Source: a virus. From it: a DNA stretch of 64,000 nucleotides. The position numbers and the translations under genes were made by a program. Shown one piece after another: positions 1-9,467 of the stretch (positions are counted from its first letter, which is position 1; the number at the start of each line of letters is the position of its first letter). The stretch lies in the IMG/VR virus record IMGVR_UViG_3300031993_000069; one strand, given 5' to 3'. The notes under the pieces are model-generated. The model did not search any database. It was given only the letters and a program-made list of their open reading frames with translations, and was not told where the DNA came from.

Positions 1-158
1 GGAAACAAAGTCTTATCCTTACAAAACTGATATTATTTCGTTGAGAGAAAAATTCTTATTCAATAAATAATAAAAAATAGGGCCGGCCAGATAAAAATTG
101 ACTGGCCCTTACTGTATAATATTGTAATTAATGATAATACGTCAAGGAGGATAGTTTT

Positions 159-362
159 ATGTTTGCTTTACAAGAAATAATGCATGATTTAGCTACTAAA
201 GATGAAGTAGAAATTAGAGGTGAAAAATACAGAATAAAAAACCTTGTTTCTGCTACTGACAATGAGTCTGTTTTAAAGATTAGAGTTGTCTTAGAACAGA
301 TTGCTGGCATAAAAAACATTGATGTAGATATCGATATTTCTGCTGTTGTTTACAAAAGCTAA
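159..362 (+). CDS. hypothetical protein (67 aa)
   Basis: ORF preceded by RBS AGGAGG 8 nt upstream; -10 TGTATAATAT at ~109. Confidence 0.5.
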   Translation: MFALQEIMHDLATKDEVEIRGEKYRIKNLVSATDNESVLKIRVVLEQIAGIKNIDVDIDISAVVYKS

Positions 363-391
363 ATTAAGGGTATGAGGAAGGTAATTAATTA

Positions 392-649
392 ATGGATCCA
401 GAAACAGAGATGTTACAGATTAATGAAGAGCTTGAATTTGTAGATAGTATGATTGAGGCTCTTAAAGAACTAAAAAAACGTAAAGGATACAAAGATTGTT
501 TAGAAGATACCATCAACCTAATAGATAAATTAAAAGATAGAAAAAAACGATTAAAAAAAGCAGCCGATGATTTAACTGAAGAGATAATTGCTATCTCCGA
601 AGTATATGAAGATTTAGACTTCAAAGCGCTAGATGCTGAAGTTTATTAA
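392..649 (+). CDS. hypothetical coiled-coil protein (85 aa)
   Basis: ORF with GAGGAAGG RBS; charged K/E-rich sequence. Confidence 0.5.
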   Translation: MDPETEMLQINEELEFVDSMIEALKELKKRKGYKDCLEDTINLIDKLKDRKKRLKKAADDLTEEIIAISEVYEDLDFKALDAEVY

Positions 650-1211
650 AAACATTGGCTAAATTAAATAGAGCCCATGCTTATTTCTACAAAAATAGTA
701 AGTTTAAGGAGCCATTTTAGCTGGGTCAGAATATATTGTTTATAAACCGCGTGCTTCTAGTCGCCTCTCAAATATCGTAAGCACGACGAGATTATGCTTA
801 TTTCTAAAAAGAAGATCAAATGATAGTTGAGGCGCAAAAGCTAATCCGGTAATTATAATAAACAAGCTTTAAATCAATATTTGCTCTGAGCGGTACGACT
901 TATTGTCAAGTATCCGTGTTCGCGAAGCAGCTAACATAGCGCGAGAAACGACAATAAGCAAAAAGGAGCAGAGACTACACTTATTTCTGACCAAAATTTT
1001 TATGAAAGAAAACATAAAATTGGCCGCGACTTAGTTAGTCCTAAATATTTGTTTAAAGCTTGTTTTAATTTTTAGAATAAAATTGTATAATAATATAGAG
1101 CTTATGCTTATTTCTATTGGTTAAAGAAGGTTCGATTCCTTCACCGCCCGCCAATCCCGGGCAGTGATTCTAGCTAAGCCATTACAATTTTTAAAAAAAT
1201 TTATAAAACTA

Positions 1212-1241
1212 TTTACAAAAATAAAAAAATAGTTGTATAAT
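1212..1241 (+). promoter_or_regulatory. sigma70/sigmaA-like promoter (TTTACA-N16-TGTATAAT)
   Basis: TTTACA -35 and extended -10 TGTATAATAT. The same architecture recurs at ~7237, 7541, 8929, 15505, 17428 and, -10 only, at 109, 1085, 3767, 6515, 10205, 13271, 14522, 15074, 18250, 18768, 21348, 30218, 32826, 35274, 60175. Confidence 0.6.
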
Positions 1242-1421
1242 ATTAATGTGAGCGGATGACTCACAAGTTAGAGCCTATACTTATTTCTCAGAAAATATGG
1301 TATTCTAAAGCAGTTAGGCCAGATTGTTATTAAAAACGTTAAGCAGCGCTTAATGTGTTAGACGAACTGGCAGCTCTAGCATATTAAGGGCTGCTTATTT
1401 AGTTAAAGGAGGTCATTAATC

Positions 1422-3437
1422 ATGATGACAAGAAATCAATTCAATGCACTTAGTGCAACCACAATCCCATCCAACATTCATGTCAATGCACAAACTATTT
1501 TGATTGCAAGACATTATTTACTTGCGGCTCCAATTGCCCAAGAAGATGCTATTAAGACTGCATATTACAATGCTTATCTTTTTGCTAACTTCGGTATTGT
1601 TGTCGACAAGCCAAAGCTTTTAAGCGATATTAGCGTTAAGGAAATTGCTGATTTATTCAAGCTTAATGTTCCAGCTTCTTTCTACAAGAACCCACAAGAC
1701 ACTAAGTATTACACTCGCGGTGAACTTTTCGTTAACCAAGTTATCTCTTACTTCTTGGCTTACGGCGAGGAAAACTCTGCCATCGATTTATTCGGTGCTG
1801 ATAAGAAACTCCCAGAATATCCAGAAGGCGACGAAATCAAACTTCGTGAATTCAAGATTTTAACTGCTGACGAAGCTGATGTTGTTTTAGCAGATATTGC
1901 TAAGGCTTACTGTGACTACAAACGTCCATGGTCTTTAGATGAGACTTATGAATTTGTCTGGTTATATGACCACGGTTACTACAAGAACTTTGATGTTCTT
2001 TGCGGTGACAATGCTATTACTATGCTTGAAAAGGATACTAACTTTGCTCGCTTCTTATTTAAGAAAGACTTAGTTAAAATCTCTGTTTCTCGCTGCGGTG
2101 AAAAGTCTAAACTTGTTTTAGATACTGAAACTAGAGACCTTATCCGTAAGGCTATTCCTTTAGTTAAAGATTGCCCAATGACTAAAAAGCAAGCTAAGTA
2201 TTTCAATACTTTAATTGCTAAAGTTGGTGCAACCGGCAAGGTTAAAACTGCTTCTAATGCTAACTCTCCATATGCTAAGGCACAAGCTGCTTTAGATAGA
2301 GGCGATGTTTTAGGCGCAGCTAGAATCTATGCTGCCAACGGTTCTTTATTCGAAAGAAACATCAAGATGTTAATCTCTCGTGCTAATCCAGCAGAAGCAA
2401 TGGAAATCATCAAAATGATTCCAAATAAGAACCCAATCGCTCTTTACCAATTTGTTACTACTTTAATGGAAGACAATGGCGGAAATCGTACATTTACTTT
2501 CACCAAGAACAAATTAGTTAAAAAGCACGTCGAAACTGAGTATGAAGCTAAGTGGAGAAAATCCAGACTTAATGAGGCAACTCGTAAGATGGTCCATGAC
2601 GCTACATTCACTCAAATCGAGGCTGGTTATCGTTTACAACCTTCTTTAGGTAAGGTTTATGTCTCTGAAGACTTCTTCAAAGTTGGTGTCCCTGTCAACA
2701 CTTCTGCCTCTGGCAAAGGTATTGATGTCTTACCAGCTGGTTCTAGAATTCCAGTCAGAGGCAACAAAATCCGTACCTTCGTTCACTGGGAACATGCATT
2801 TGATATCGACTCTTCTTTAGTCATCATTGATGAAAAAGGCAATGTTGACGTTATGGGTTTCTTCAACTACATGCATAAAGCTTATTCTAATGATTTGCTT
2901 TTCTCTGGTGACGTTACAAGCCCAACTGGCACTGAATACTACGATATGGACTTAGATGGACTTCGTAGACATGGTGTCCGCTACATCATCCAAACCTTCC
3001 ATGGTTTCTGCTCTAACCTCAACAGCGGAGAAATCTACTGTGGTTATCAAGACAAGAAGAACCTTAACACTAAGGCTTGGGATCCAAAAAACATTGAATT
3101 AAAAATTCATGTTAAGGGTGATACTCGTGCCTTCATGTCATTCGGTGTCGACTTAGAAACCAATGAAGTCGTTATCTTCAATATGCTCTTAGACTCTGAA
3201 AGCCGTGTCGTCTCTGGCGACATGAAAGATACAGTAATGAAATACTTATCTTCTAGCTGCTTAGAGCTTAATATGGGCCTTGTTGCTACATATAGAGCAT
3301 CTGAAATTGTTGCAACTCCAGAAGAAGCAGATGTCGTCTTTGACGCTACCTATACTGCTCTTGAAGGCCAAAAGGTCGTTCGTCCTTACGAGGTCGAAAA
3401 GCTTGTTGGTTTAGCTTCTGGAGCTGAACTTAACTAA
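1422..3437 (+). CDS. large hypothetical protein (671 aa)
   Basis: Long uninterrupted ORF with RBS AAAGGAGG. No TGA codons. No recognisable motif. Confidence 0.7.
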   Translation: MMTRNQFNALSATTIPSNIHVNAQTILIARHYLLAAPIAQEDAIKTAYYNAYLFANFGIVVDKPKLLSDISVKEIADLFKLNVPASFYKNPQDTKYYTRGELFVNQVISYFLAYGEENSAIDLFGADKKLPEYPEGDEIKLREFKILTADEADVVLADIAKAYCDYKRPWSLDETYEFVWLYDHGYYKNFDVLCGDNAITMLEKDTNFARFLFKKDLVKISVSRCGEKSKLVLDTETRDLIRKAIPLVKDCPMTKKQAKYFNTLIAKVGATGKVKTASNANSPYAKAQAALDRGDVLGAARIYAANGSLFERNIKMLISRANPAEAMEIIKMIPNKNPIALYQFVTTLMEDNGGNRTFTFTKNKLVKKHVETEYEAKWRKSRLNEATRKMVHDATFTQIEAGYRLQPSLGKVYVSEDFFKVGVPVNTSASGKGIDVLPAGSRIPVRGNKIRTFVHWEHAFDIDSSLVIIDEKGNVDVMGFFNYMHKAYSNDLLFSGDVTSPTGTEYYDMDLDGLRRHGVRYIIQTFHGFCSNLNSGEIYCGYQDKKNLNTKAWDPKNIELKIHVKGDTRAFMSFGVDLETNEVVIFNMLLDSESRVVSGDMKDTVMKYLSSSCLELNMGLVATYRASEIVATPEEADVVFDATYTALEGQKVVRPYEVEKLVGLASGAELN

Positions 3438-3465
3438 TAAATTAAGTCAGTCTTTATAAAAAATA

Positions 3466-3494
3466 AGATCCGTAAGAAATTGCGGATTTTATTC
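3466..3494 (+). terminator. rho-independent terminator
   Basis: Hairpin ATCCG-loop-CGGAT followed by a T-run. Confidence 0.5.
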
Positions 3495-3805
3495 GCTAAA
3501 TTAAAGATAACCCTGTACGTAGGGTGTGTATAATGTAAAATGTCACAGCAGATATTTAATGAGGCCTGGCAACATTCCTCCCTCAACCCCGTTGCCAGTA
3601 TTCCGGATGTTCTCTAAAATGTCTAAGAAAATTCTTGGGATAAAAATTGTAGTGACTCCAAGACGAACAGACTTCTTACCAGCGGCTAATAAGCGTATTC
3701 GCTAAAAGTATGTTTATTAGCCGCTTAATATACTATAGATGCTAGCCCTTGAGGCTATTTTTTATTAAATATTGTATAATATATTAGTATTTATAGGAGA
3801 TTTAT

Positions 3806-4147
3806 ATGTTTAAATTAATTAGAGATAAAATTCCAGAACTAACAAAGAAATCTGGTAACATTTGTAATTATGCAAAAGTTGAAAGTCCTGAATTATTCGC
3901 CGGATTATTACGTAGTAAATTAATTGAAGAAGTTAATGAATATTTAGCTTCTGGAACTGTTGATGAACTTGTTGATATTATTACAGTTATTAAAGTTATT
4001 TTAAAGGCAAATAATATTTCAGAAGAAGACTTTGATAAGCTTTATAAAAATAAGCTTGATACAAAGGGCGGTTTTGAAAAACAATACATTGGATTTTATC
4101 CAGATGCTCCGGTAGCCACAGCACGAGAAGAATCTGAAGATAAGTAA
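3806..4147 (+). CDS. MazG/HisE-like NTP pyrophosphohydrolase domain protein (113 aa)
   Basis: N-terminal LIRDKIPE... and an all-alpha E/D-rich pattern typical of PRA-PH/MazG-like phage NTP-PPases. Preceded by a TGTATAATAT promoter. Confidence 0.45.
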   Translation: MFKLIRDKIPELTKKSGNICNYAKVESPELFAGLLRSKLIEEVNEYLASGTVDELVDIITVIKVILKANNISEEDFDKLYKNKLDTKGGFEKQYIGFYPDAPVATAREESEDK

Positions 4148-4287
4148 TTAAATTTAAGCTTATATAAAGAGATTATCTTTGGGGTAATCTTTTTATTTAG
4201 CTAAATTAAATGATAACTTGGCAATGTTATTTAGGGCACGATGGGCCAATATAGCGCTACAGGTTTATCGGAAACGAGGAGATTATT

Positions 4288-5196
4288 ATGGACAATTCAG
4301 TTTATACTGGTTGGAAAAAATGGAGTCCTAGTTCTGATGAATGGCTAACATTATATAATGATGGTAAAGTTCCATTTGAACTAAAAGAAAACCAATATCT
4401 AATTGTCAAAACTGATGGTAGTAGCTCAATTTTTTACTGCTATGAAAATGGGCAATTAAGAAAATTCACTGGTGGTGCAATTAAGACCATCAAAGATTTA
4501 ACTCCGGTTCCATTAGAGGAGCCAAAACAAAAGCAGGATGAAAATAAAAAGCCCGCTAAAAAATATTCTAAAGGCAAGAATATAGTTATTACACCAAGGA
4601 ATGAAGAGCAAGTTTGTGCTTTTGACCTTATGAAAGACCCTACAAAAACTGTTAAATTGTTAACAGGCACTTGGGGCACAGGTAAGACTTTAATTTTAGT
4701 ATCGGCTGCATTAGAAGCATTAAAGCAAGGACGATTTGAAAGAATTGTTTGGATTAGAAATAATGTTGATGTTAAAGATACAAAAGATTTAGGTGCTTTA
4801 CCAGGCGAAGTTATTGATAAATTACTTCCATTTTTAGGACCTTTTATTGACCATGCTGGTGAAAACAGTGTTCGAACTATGTTAAATAAAGGAACACTTG
4901 TAGTTGAACCACTTCAATCATTGAGAGGCCGAAATTTTGAGAATACATTAATTATGTGTTCAGAAGCAGAAAACTTAACAAAAGAGCATATTCAATTAAT
5001 TATTGCTCGTGCTGCTGAGGGCAGTGAAGTTTGGTTTGATGCCGATAACAGACAACGTGACAAAGCTTCATTTGAGAAATCACGTGGTATTGAAACGCTT
5101 ATTGAAAGATTTGCCGGACAAAAGCTTTTCGGTTATGTCCATTTAGTTAAATCTGAGCGTTCTGCAACTGCTGCTATGGCAGACTTATTGAATTAA
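4288..5196 (+). CDS. phoH: PhoH-like ATPase
   Basis: Walker A GTWGTGKT and a PhoH-family C-terminal region. Common phage auxiliary gene. Confidence 0.85.
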   Translation: MDNSVYTGWKKWSPSSDEWLTLYNDGKVPFELKENQYLIVKTDGSSSIFYCYENGQLRKFTGGAIKTIKDLTPVPLEEPKQKQDENKKPAKKYSKGKNIVITPRNEEQVCAFDLMKDPTKTVKLLTGTWGTGKTLILVSAALEALKQGRFERIVWIRNNVDVKDTKDLGALPGEVIDKLLPFLGPFIDHAGENSVRTMLNKGTLVVEPLQSLRGRNFENTLIMCSEAENLTKEHIQLIIARAAEGSEVWFDADNRQRDKASFEKSRGIETLIERFAGQKLFGYVHLVKSERSATAAMADLLN

Positions 5197-5198
5197 CT

Positions 5199-5816
5199 AT
5201 GAAAACTTGAACAATATACTGTCATATTAACAAAATTAATGGTAAAAGATATATTGGCCAAACTAGCAGACAAAAATTAAATTTGAGATGAAAAAGTGGT
5301 TATGGATATACTTTAAAAGACCAAAAGATTTTTGCAGAGGCTATTAAAAAATATGGCTGAGAAAATTTTGATCATCAAGTTTTAGAATCTGGCATTAAAA
5401 CTTTAGAAGAAGCCAATAAAAGAGAAAAATATTGAATTTCTTATTATAATACTTGGGTTTATAGCCAAAATTGTAATGGATATAATATGACTGAAGGTGG
5501 TGATTCTGTTGTTTCTCATACAGCGTGAAATAAAGGAAAACCACAATCAGAAAAACAAAAGCTTGAACATAGCAAAAGAATGTCTGGCAGAAAATTATCT
5601 GAAGAGCATAAAAAAGCTATTAGTGCTGGTCTTCAAAGAAAAGAAAATACCCATAATAAAGCAGTTAAATGCATAGAATTAAATAAAGTTTATAGCTCAG
5701 CAGTAAAAGCATCTACTGAATTAAATATTTTAAGAACAAGTATTACTAATTGCCTGCATAAGCATTCAAATACAGCTGGTGGGTATCATTGAGAGTTCTT
5801 TAAGGAGGAAAACTAA
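5199..5816 (+). CDS. GIY-YIG homing endonuclease with NUMOD-like C-terminus; contains 6 in-frame TGA codons read as Trp
   Basis: Translation with TGA=W gives ...INGKRYIGQTS..., KYGWENF, YWISYYN, AWNKGK and a C-terminal GGYHW, which are hallmark GIY-YIG/NUMOD3 motifs. With standard code the frame breaks at every expected Trp. Confidence 0.75.
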
Positions 5817-5817
5817 A

Positions 5818-6459
5818 TTGTCTCTGGTTATAGCGATAAAAGATAAAGATAGAATTGTGCTTGGCGCTGATAAACAAACCAGCGTAAGTGATTTTAAAGA
5901 CCACTCTAGCACAAAGATTTGGCCTGTCGAAGAACTTCCTGGTGCTTTAATGGGAAGTGTCGGAACTTGTCGTGCATCACAAATTATTCAATATGCTAAT
6001 ATCATCGATAAAAATTTAATTAATGGAGACCTTTCAACAGACTTCATTATTTGTTCATTAGCTCCAACAATTGCTGCAGGCTTAAAAGCTCATGGCATTG
6101 TTGTAGAACCAGGCGAAAATGGCTCGTGTGATATGATGCCAAATTCATTTATATTTGCTTATAAAGACAAAGCTTGAATGATTTGGAATGATTTAAGTGT
6201 AACAGAGATTGGTGACTATTTAGCAATTGGCTCCGGAGCCGATGTTGCTAGAGGTGCTTTATTTGCTACAAAGAAAGAGAAAAATCCGTTTGAGCGTATC
6301 GTTACAAGTATTGATGCCGCTGCCGAGTCAACATTGTTTGTTGATGATGGAATTGATTTATTAGCTACAAAATCGCACAAGGATGATGCAGAGCTTGTTG
6401 CTGCTGCATTTGGTTATAATATTAAAAAGAAATCTGCTGATAATGGTAAGAAGAAGTAG
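5818..6459 (+). CDS. HslV/proteasome-like Ntn-hydrolase peptidase (TTG start; alternative ATG at 5779); one in-frame TGA at 6175
   Basis: SLVIAIKDKDRIVLGADKQTS resembles the HslV N-terminus TTIV..RRNG.VV.AGDGQ.T, and LAIGSGADVARGAL resembles the HslV IAIGSGGPYA motif. RBS AAGGAGG lies 9 nt upstream of the TTG. ORFs 5779..6177 and 6178..6459 are in the same frame, joined by a TGA. Confidence 0.6.
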
Positions 6460-6483
6460 AATTAAATAAATATTAAAACCAGA

Positions 6484-6515
6484 AATCCCGAGTGCGCCAA
6501 AAACATTCGGGATTT
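6484..6515 (+). terminator. rho-independent terminator
   Basis: AATCCCGAG...TTCGGGATTTT hairpin plus U-run after the stop of 5818..6459. Confidence 0.7.
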
Positions 6516-6546
6516 TATTATTGTATAATATTAAAGAGGTATTTAT

Positions 6547-7152
6547 ATGGCAGAAAACTTTCAAGATACAATTGCATCAATTAGAGATGCTTATTTTCCA
6601 GGAAAAAGAACTCCAGAAGAAAATAAAGCTCTTTGTGAGAAATATCCATTCTTAAAATGGTACGGTGATCCTCTTTATATGGGTTATAGTGAAGAAGGTG
6701 AACCAAACTATAAATATACCTGGGAAGATGAAATGCCTGAAGGCTGGAAAATTGCTTTCTGTCCACAAATCTGGGATGAATTAAAAGCTATTCTTGAAAA
6801 AGCTAATTATGTTAATGAATTTAGATTTGTTCAGATCAAAGAAAAATGGGGAACATTAAGATTATATTATGGCGGTGTTCCTAATGAAATTTTTGATGAG
6901 GTTCTTGCTTGGGAACAGAAGTATGATAAGCTTTCAGAAGAAATTTGTATAGACTGCGGTAAAAATAAAGCTACCCATATGTCATTAGGTTGGATTAGCT
7001 TTGTTTGTAAAGATTGTGCTTTAAGGCGTGATGAAGAGCAGTTTAAAAAGTATAATAGTGGCCATGAACATTTTGTTAGATTAGAAAATATCGATGAATT
7101 TTATAATAACCGTGAAGAATATTGGAAAAAATATAAAGACGAAATTGTTTAA
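6547..7152 (+). CDS. hypothetical protein (201 aa)
   Basis: ORF with RBS AAGAGG and promoter TGTATAATAT at ~6517. Confidence 0.6.
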   Translation: MAENFQDTIASIRDAYFPGKRTPEENKALCEKYPFLKWYGDPLYMGYSEEGEPNYKYTWEDEMPEGWKIAFCPQIWDELKAILEKANYVNEFRFVQIKEKWGTLRLYYGGVPNEIFDEVLAWEQKYDKLSEEICIDCGKNKATHMSLGWISFVCKDCALRRDEEQFKKYNSGHEHFVRLENIDEFYNNREEYWKKYKDEIV

Positions 7153-7236
7153 TAAATTAATAAATCAATAAATTATTAAATTAATAAATTATTAAATTAA
7201 TAAAAAATAATTGGCTAAATTATTTTGAAAAAGCTA

Positions 7237-7266
7237 TTTACATTTATAAAAAATAGTTGTATATTA
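7237..7266 (+). promoter_or_regulatory. sigma70-like promoter driving the first tRNA operon
   Basis: TTTACA-N15-TTGTATATTAT. Confidence 0.55.
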
Positions 7267-7349
7267 TTATTGAGCTTGTGCTTACTGCTTGAACGCTGTG
7301 GTTCGAATCCACCTTGCCTGTGGGGAGCAGAAAGATAGCCAAGCCTTAT

Positions 7350-7433
7350 GCCCCGGTGGTGAAATGGTAGACACAAGGCACTTAAAATGCCTCGCCGAAA
7401 GGCATGCCAGTTCGACTCTGGCCCGGGGCACCA
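7350..7433 (+). tRNA. tRNA-Leu(TAA), class II
   Basis: Cloverleaf with acceptor GCCCCGG/CCGGGGC, anticodon loop CTTAAAA, long variable arm, A73 and encoded CCA. Confidence 0.8.
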
Positions 7434-7438
7434 CTCAT

Positions 7439-7515
7439 GGCGTCATGGAGAAGGGGCTTAACTCAGCAGCCTCTCAAGCTGCCATTCGCGGGTTCGAATC
7501 CCGCTGACGTCACCA
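7439..7515 (+). tRNA. tRNA-Glu(CTC)
   Basis: Acceptor GGCGTCA/TGACGTC, anticodon stem GCAGC/GCTGC with loop CTCTCAA, T-loop GGTTCGAATCC, CCA. Confidence 0.65.
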
Positions 7516-7636
7516 AGTTGTTAAAAATTTTTAGAAAATATATTTACAATTTAAAAAAATAATTGTATAATATTAATGAGCGTTGAAAAAAGATACGCTA
7601 AATTAAAATGGTCGCAAGACAGGAAGGAAAAGATTT

Positions 7637-7750
7637 ATGGCAAAAGTTATGTTTGGGAACATTCATGAACAACGTAATGATTCAGTATATGGTTGCTGGA
7701 ATATTTTTGCTACTCTTGGATCATCCGGTTTTGTGCAGGTTAATCGATAA
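7637..7750 (+). CDS. small hypothetical peptide (37 aa) inside the tRNA island
   Basis: RBS AGGAAGGAAA 7 nt upstream of the ATG; followed by a strong terminator. Confidence 0.3.
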   Translation: MAKVMFGNIHEQRNDSVYGCWNIFATLGSSGFVQVNR

Positions 7751-7780
7751 GATTAATTAAGAAGAATAACGCATAAATTA

Positions 7781-7812
7781 GGGTGGTCCGAAAAAGACCA
7801 CCCTTTAATTTT
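7781..7812 (+). terminator. rho-independent terminator
   Basis: GGGTGGTC-CGAAAAA-GACCACCC followed by TTTAATTTT. Confidence 0.8.
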
Positions 7813-7813
7813 C

Positions 7814-7899
7814 TGGGGAGATAGCCAAGCGGCAACGGCAGCTGACTGTAAATCAGCCCTCTGACGAGTTCGTAGGTTCGAGTCCTACTCTCCCCACCA
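7814..7899 (+). tRNA. tRNA-Tyr(GTA)
   Basis: Acceptor GGGGAGA/TCTCCCC, anticodon loop CTGTAAA, long variable arm, CCA. Confidence 0.8.
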
Positions 7900-7903
7900 A
7901 CAT

Positions 7904-7980
7904 GGTGTATGGAATCCGACGGTTTTGGATGCTAGTCTGTGAAACTAGATCATTGGGTCCGACTCCCAGCATGCACCCCA
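7904..7980 (+). tRNA. tRNA-His(GTG) with encoded G-1
   Basis: G-1:C73 pair, acceptor GTGTATG/CATGCAC, anticodon loop CTGTGAA, CCA. Confidence 0.75.
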
Positions 7981-7985
7981 GTTAT

Positions 7986-8061
7986 GGGCCGGTAGCTCAG
8001 TTGGTAGAGCACGTGCCTGAAGAGCATGGTGTCGGCGGTTCGATCCCGCCCTGGCCCACCA
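7986..8061 (+). tRNA. tRNA-Phe(GAA)
   Basis: Acceptor GGGCCGG/CTGGCCC, D-arm GCTCAGTTGGTAGAGC, anticodon loop CTGAAGA, CCA. Confidence 0.85.
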
Positions 8062-8076
8062 TAAGAAAGGAAAAGT

Positions 8077-8505
8077 ATGAAAGTTGTATTCTTAGATATC
8101 GATGGCGTATTGAATGATGCTGTTAATATCCACAACCTGATGGATGACAAACCAACAAAAGAGCACTTAGACTGCCTAAAAGCAATCTTAGATGCTACTG
8201 GTGCAAAAGTCGTACTGTCCTCAACTTGGAGATTATTCCCAAACTCCAAGAATATCGTAAAGAATTGTTTACGAAACATTGGCTCTGATATCTATGATAT
8301 AACTAAAGAGCTGCCAAAAGGGAGAGGTGCCGAAATAAAAGAATGGCTTAGTCGACACCCGGAGGTAAATCAGTTCGTTATCTTAGATGACGACATTGCT
8401 GATATTAAGCCATATTACCCAGCGAATATCGTAAAAACGACATTTTATAGGGGATTGCTTCCTCATCACATTGAGCCAGCAATAAAAATCTTAAATGCCG
8501 AGTAA
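8077..8505 (+). CDS. HAD-superfamily hydrolase/phosphatase (142 aa)
   Basis: N-terminal FLDIDGVL (HAD motif I DxDG) and a later ILDDD motif. Sits inside the tRNA island. Confidence 0.6.
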   Translation: MKVVFLDIDGVLNDAVNIHNLMDDKPTKEHLDCLKAILDATGAKVVLSSTWRLFPNSKNIVKNCLRNIGSDIYDITKELPKGRGAEIKEWLSRHPEVNQFVILDDDIADIKPYYPANIVKTTFYRGLLPHHIEPAIKILNAE

Positions 8506-8519
8506 AATCGGCATCACAT

Positions 8520-8596
8520 TGGAGCGTAGCTTAGCTGGTTAAAGCACTCGGCTGATAACCGAGAGACCGCCGGTTCAAATCCGGCCGCTCCAACCA
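8520..8596 (+). tRNA. tRNA-Ile(GAT)
   Basis: Acceptor TGGAGCG/CGCTCCA, anticodon stem CTCGG/CCGAG with loop CTGATAA, CCA. Confidence 0.8.
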
Positions 8597-8600
8597 ATCT

Positions 8601-8675
8601 TGGGGAGTAGCCAAGCGGTAAGGCACGTGGCTTTGAACCATGTATGCGAAGGTTCGAACCCTTCCTCCCCAGCCA
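8601..8675 (+). tRNA. tRNA-Gln(TTG)
   Basis: Acceptor TGGGGAG/CTCCCCA, loop CTTTGAA, CCA. Confidence 0.8.
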
Positions 8676-8743
8676 GTTAGAGCCTATACTTATTTCTAAA
8701 AACTTCCGACTGCAAATCAGAATAATATAGTTAGGCCAAAATT

Positions 8744-8817
8744 AGGGGTATCGTCCAACGGTAGGACTACGGTCTCCAAAACCGTCTATCTGGGTTCGAA
8801 TCCTAGTACCCCTGCCA
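8744..8817 (+). tRNA. tRNA-Trp(CCA)
   Basis: Acceptor AGGGGTA/TACCCCT, anticodon loop CTCCAAA, G73, CCA. Confidence 0.85.
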
Positions 8818-8821
8818 ATGT

Positions 8822-8909
8822 AGAAGCTTGTGTGAGCGGTTGAAACAGTTGGTCTAGAAAACCAATATGCTGAAAGGCATCGAGGGTTCGAATCCCTCAG
8901 CTTCTGCCA
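8822..8909 (+). tRNA. class II tRNA-Ser with anticodon loop CTAGAAA (anticodon AGA, A34)
   Basis: Acceptor AGAAGCT/AGCTTCT, G73, long variable arm TATGCTGAAAGGCAT, anticodon stem TTGGT/ACCAA. Confidence 0.6.
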
Positions 8910-8928
8910 AAAATATTTAAAAAAAGTA

Positions 8929-8957
8929 TTTACAACCTAAATAAATGGTTGTATAAT
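8929..8957 (+). promoter_or_regulatory. sigma70-like promoter
   Basis: TTTACA-N16-TGTATAATAT. Confidence 0.6.
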
Positions 8958-9190
8958 ATGAATGTGAATATGAGGACTGAAAAGACCATCACTCAGTAAG
9001 TTTGAATAGAGTAGGTATGACGACTCCTGACACCGCTTAGTCGTCATGTCTGTGAACAAGATTTCACAGCGGCAGGCTAATGCCGTAAAACTTAGTCTAG
9101 GGTACAGCTGATGCGAACGTGGCAAAGGCCGAGGCCGAAGAAGGGCATAACAGGAGCGGACACCCTCTAAAGAGTGAGGCCACCAGATAT
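8958..9190 (+). ncRNA. unidentified structured ncRNA candidate (~230 nt) transcribed from the 8929 promoter
   Basis: ORF-free and GC-enriched. Contains several perfect hairpins (ATGACGACT...AGTCGTCAT, CTGTGAA...TTCACAG, CGGCA...TGCCG). Ends where tRNA-Glu begins. Confidence 0.35.
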
Positions 9191-9267
9191 GGTGCCGTGG
9201 AGAAATGGTTTAACTCATCACCCTTTCAAGGTGACATTCACGGGTTCGAATCCCGTCGGCATCACCA
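9191..9267 (+). tRNA. tRNA-Glu(TTC)
   Basis: Acceptor GGTGCCG/CGGCATC, anticodon stem TCACC/GGTGA with loop CTTTCAA, CCA. Confidence 0.8.
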
Positions 9268-9272
9268 AATTT

Positions 9273-9359
9273 GGAGAGCTGTGATAATTGGTAGTCGGGC
9301 GGTCTTGAAAACCGTTGGGTCGAAAGGCCTTCAGGGTTCGAGTCCCTGGCTCTCCGCCA
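9273..9359 (+). tRNA. tRNA-Ser(TGA), class II
   Basis: Acceptor GGAGAGC/GCTCTCC, loop CTTGAAA, long variable arm, G73, CCA. Confidence 0.85.
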
Positions 9360-9467
9360 TTATCACTTATTAGTACCCACTTGCTCAATACTAGTAATGA
9401 GCAGACAAAAAAGAACGCCAGGTGAAATAAATTTTAAGGGTTTAAGTTCAGAGTAGCCACTTATCAT

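Noticed and set aside
7289-8279. Track ORFs 7289..7507 (+), 7902..8117 (+), 7950..8279 (-), and likewise 11305..11637 (-), 11746..11997, 12329..12547, 12377..12826 (-), 12982..13206 (-), 14271..14504 (-), 15085..15393 (-), 17663..17941 (-), 9119..9373
   Set aside because: They lie entirely over tRNA or tmRNA genes. Their translations are Gly/Arg/Pro-rich GC-island artefacts without RBSs, and most are on the otherwise gene-free minus strand.
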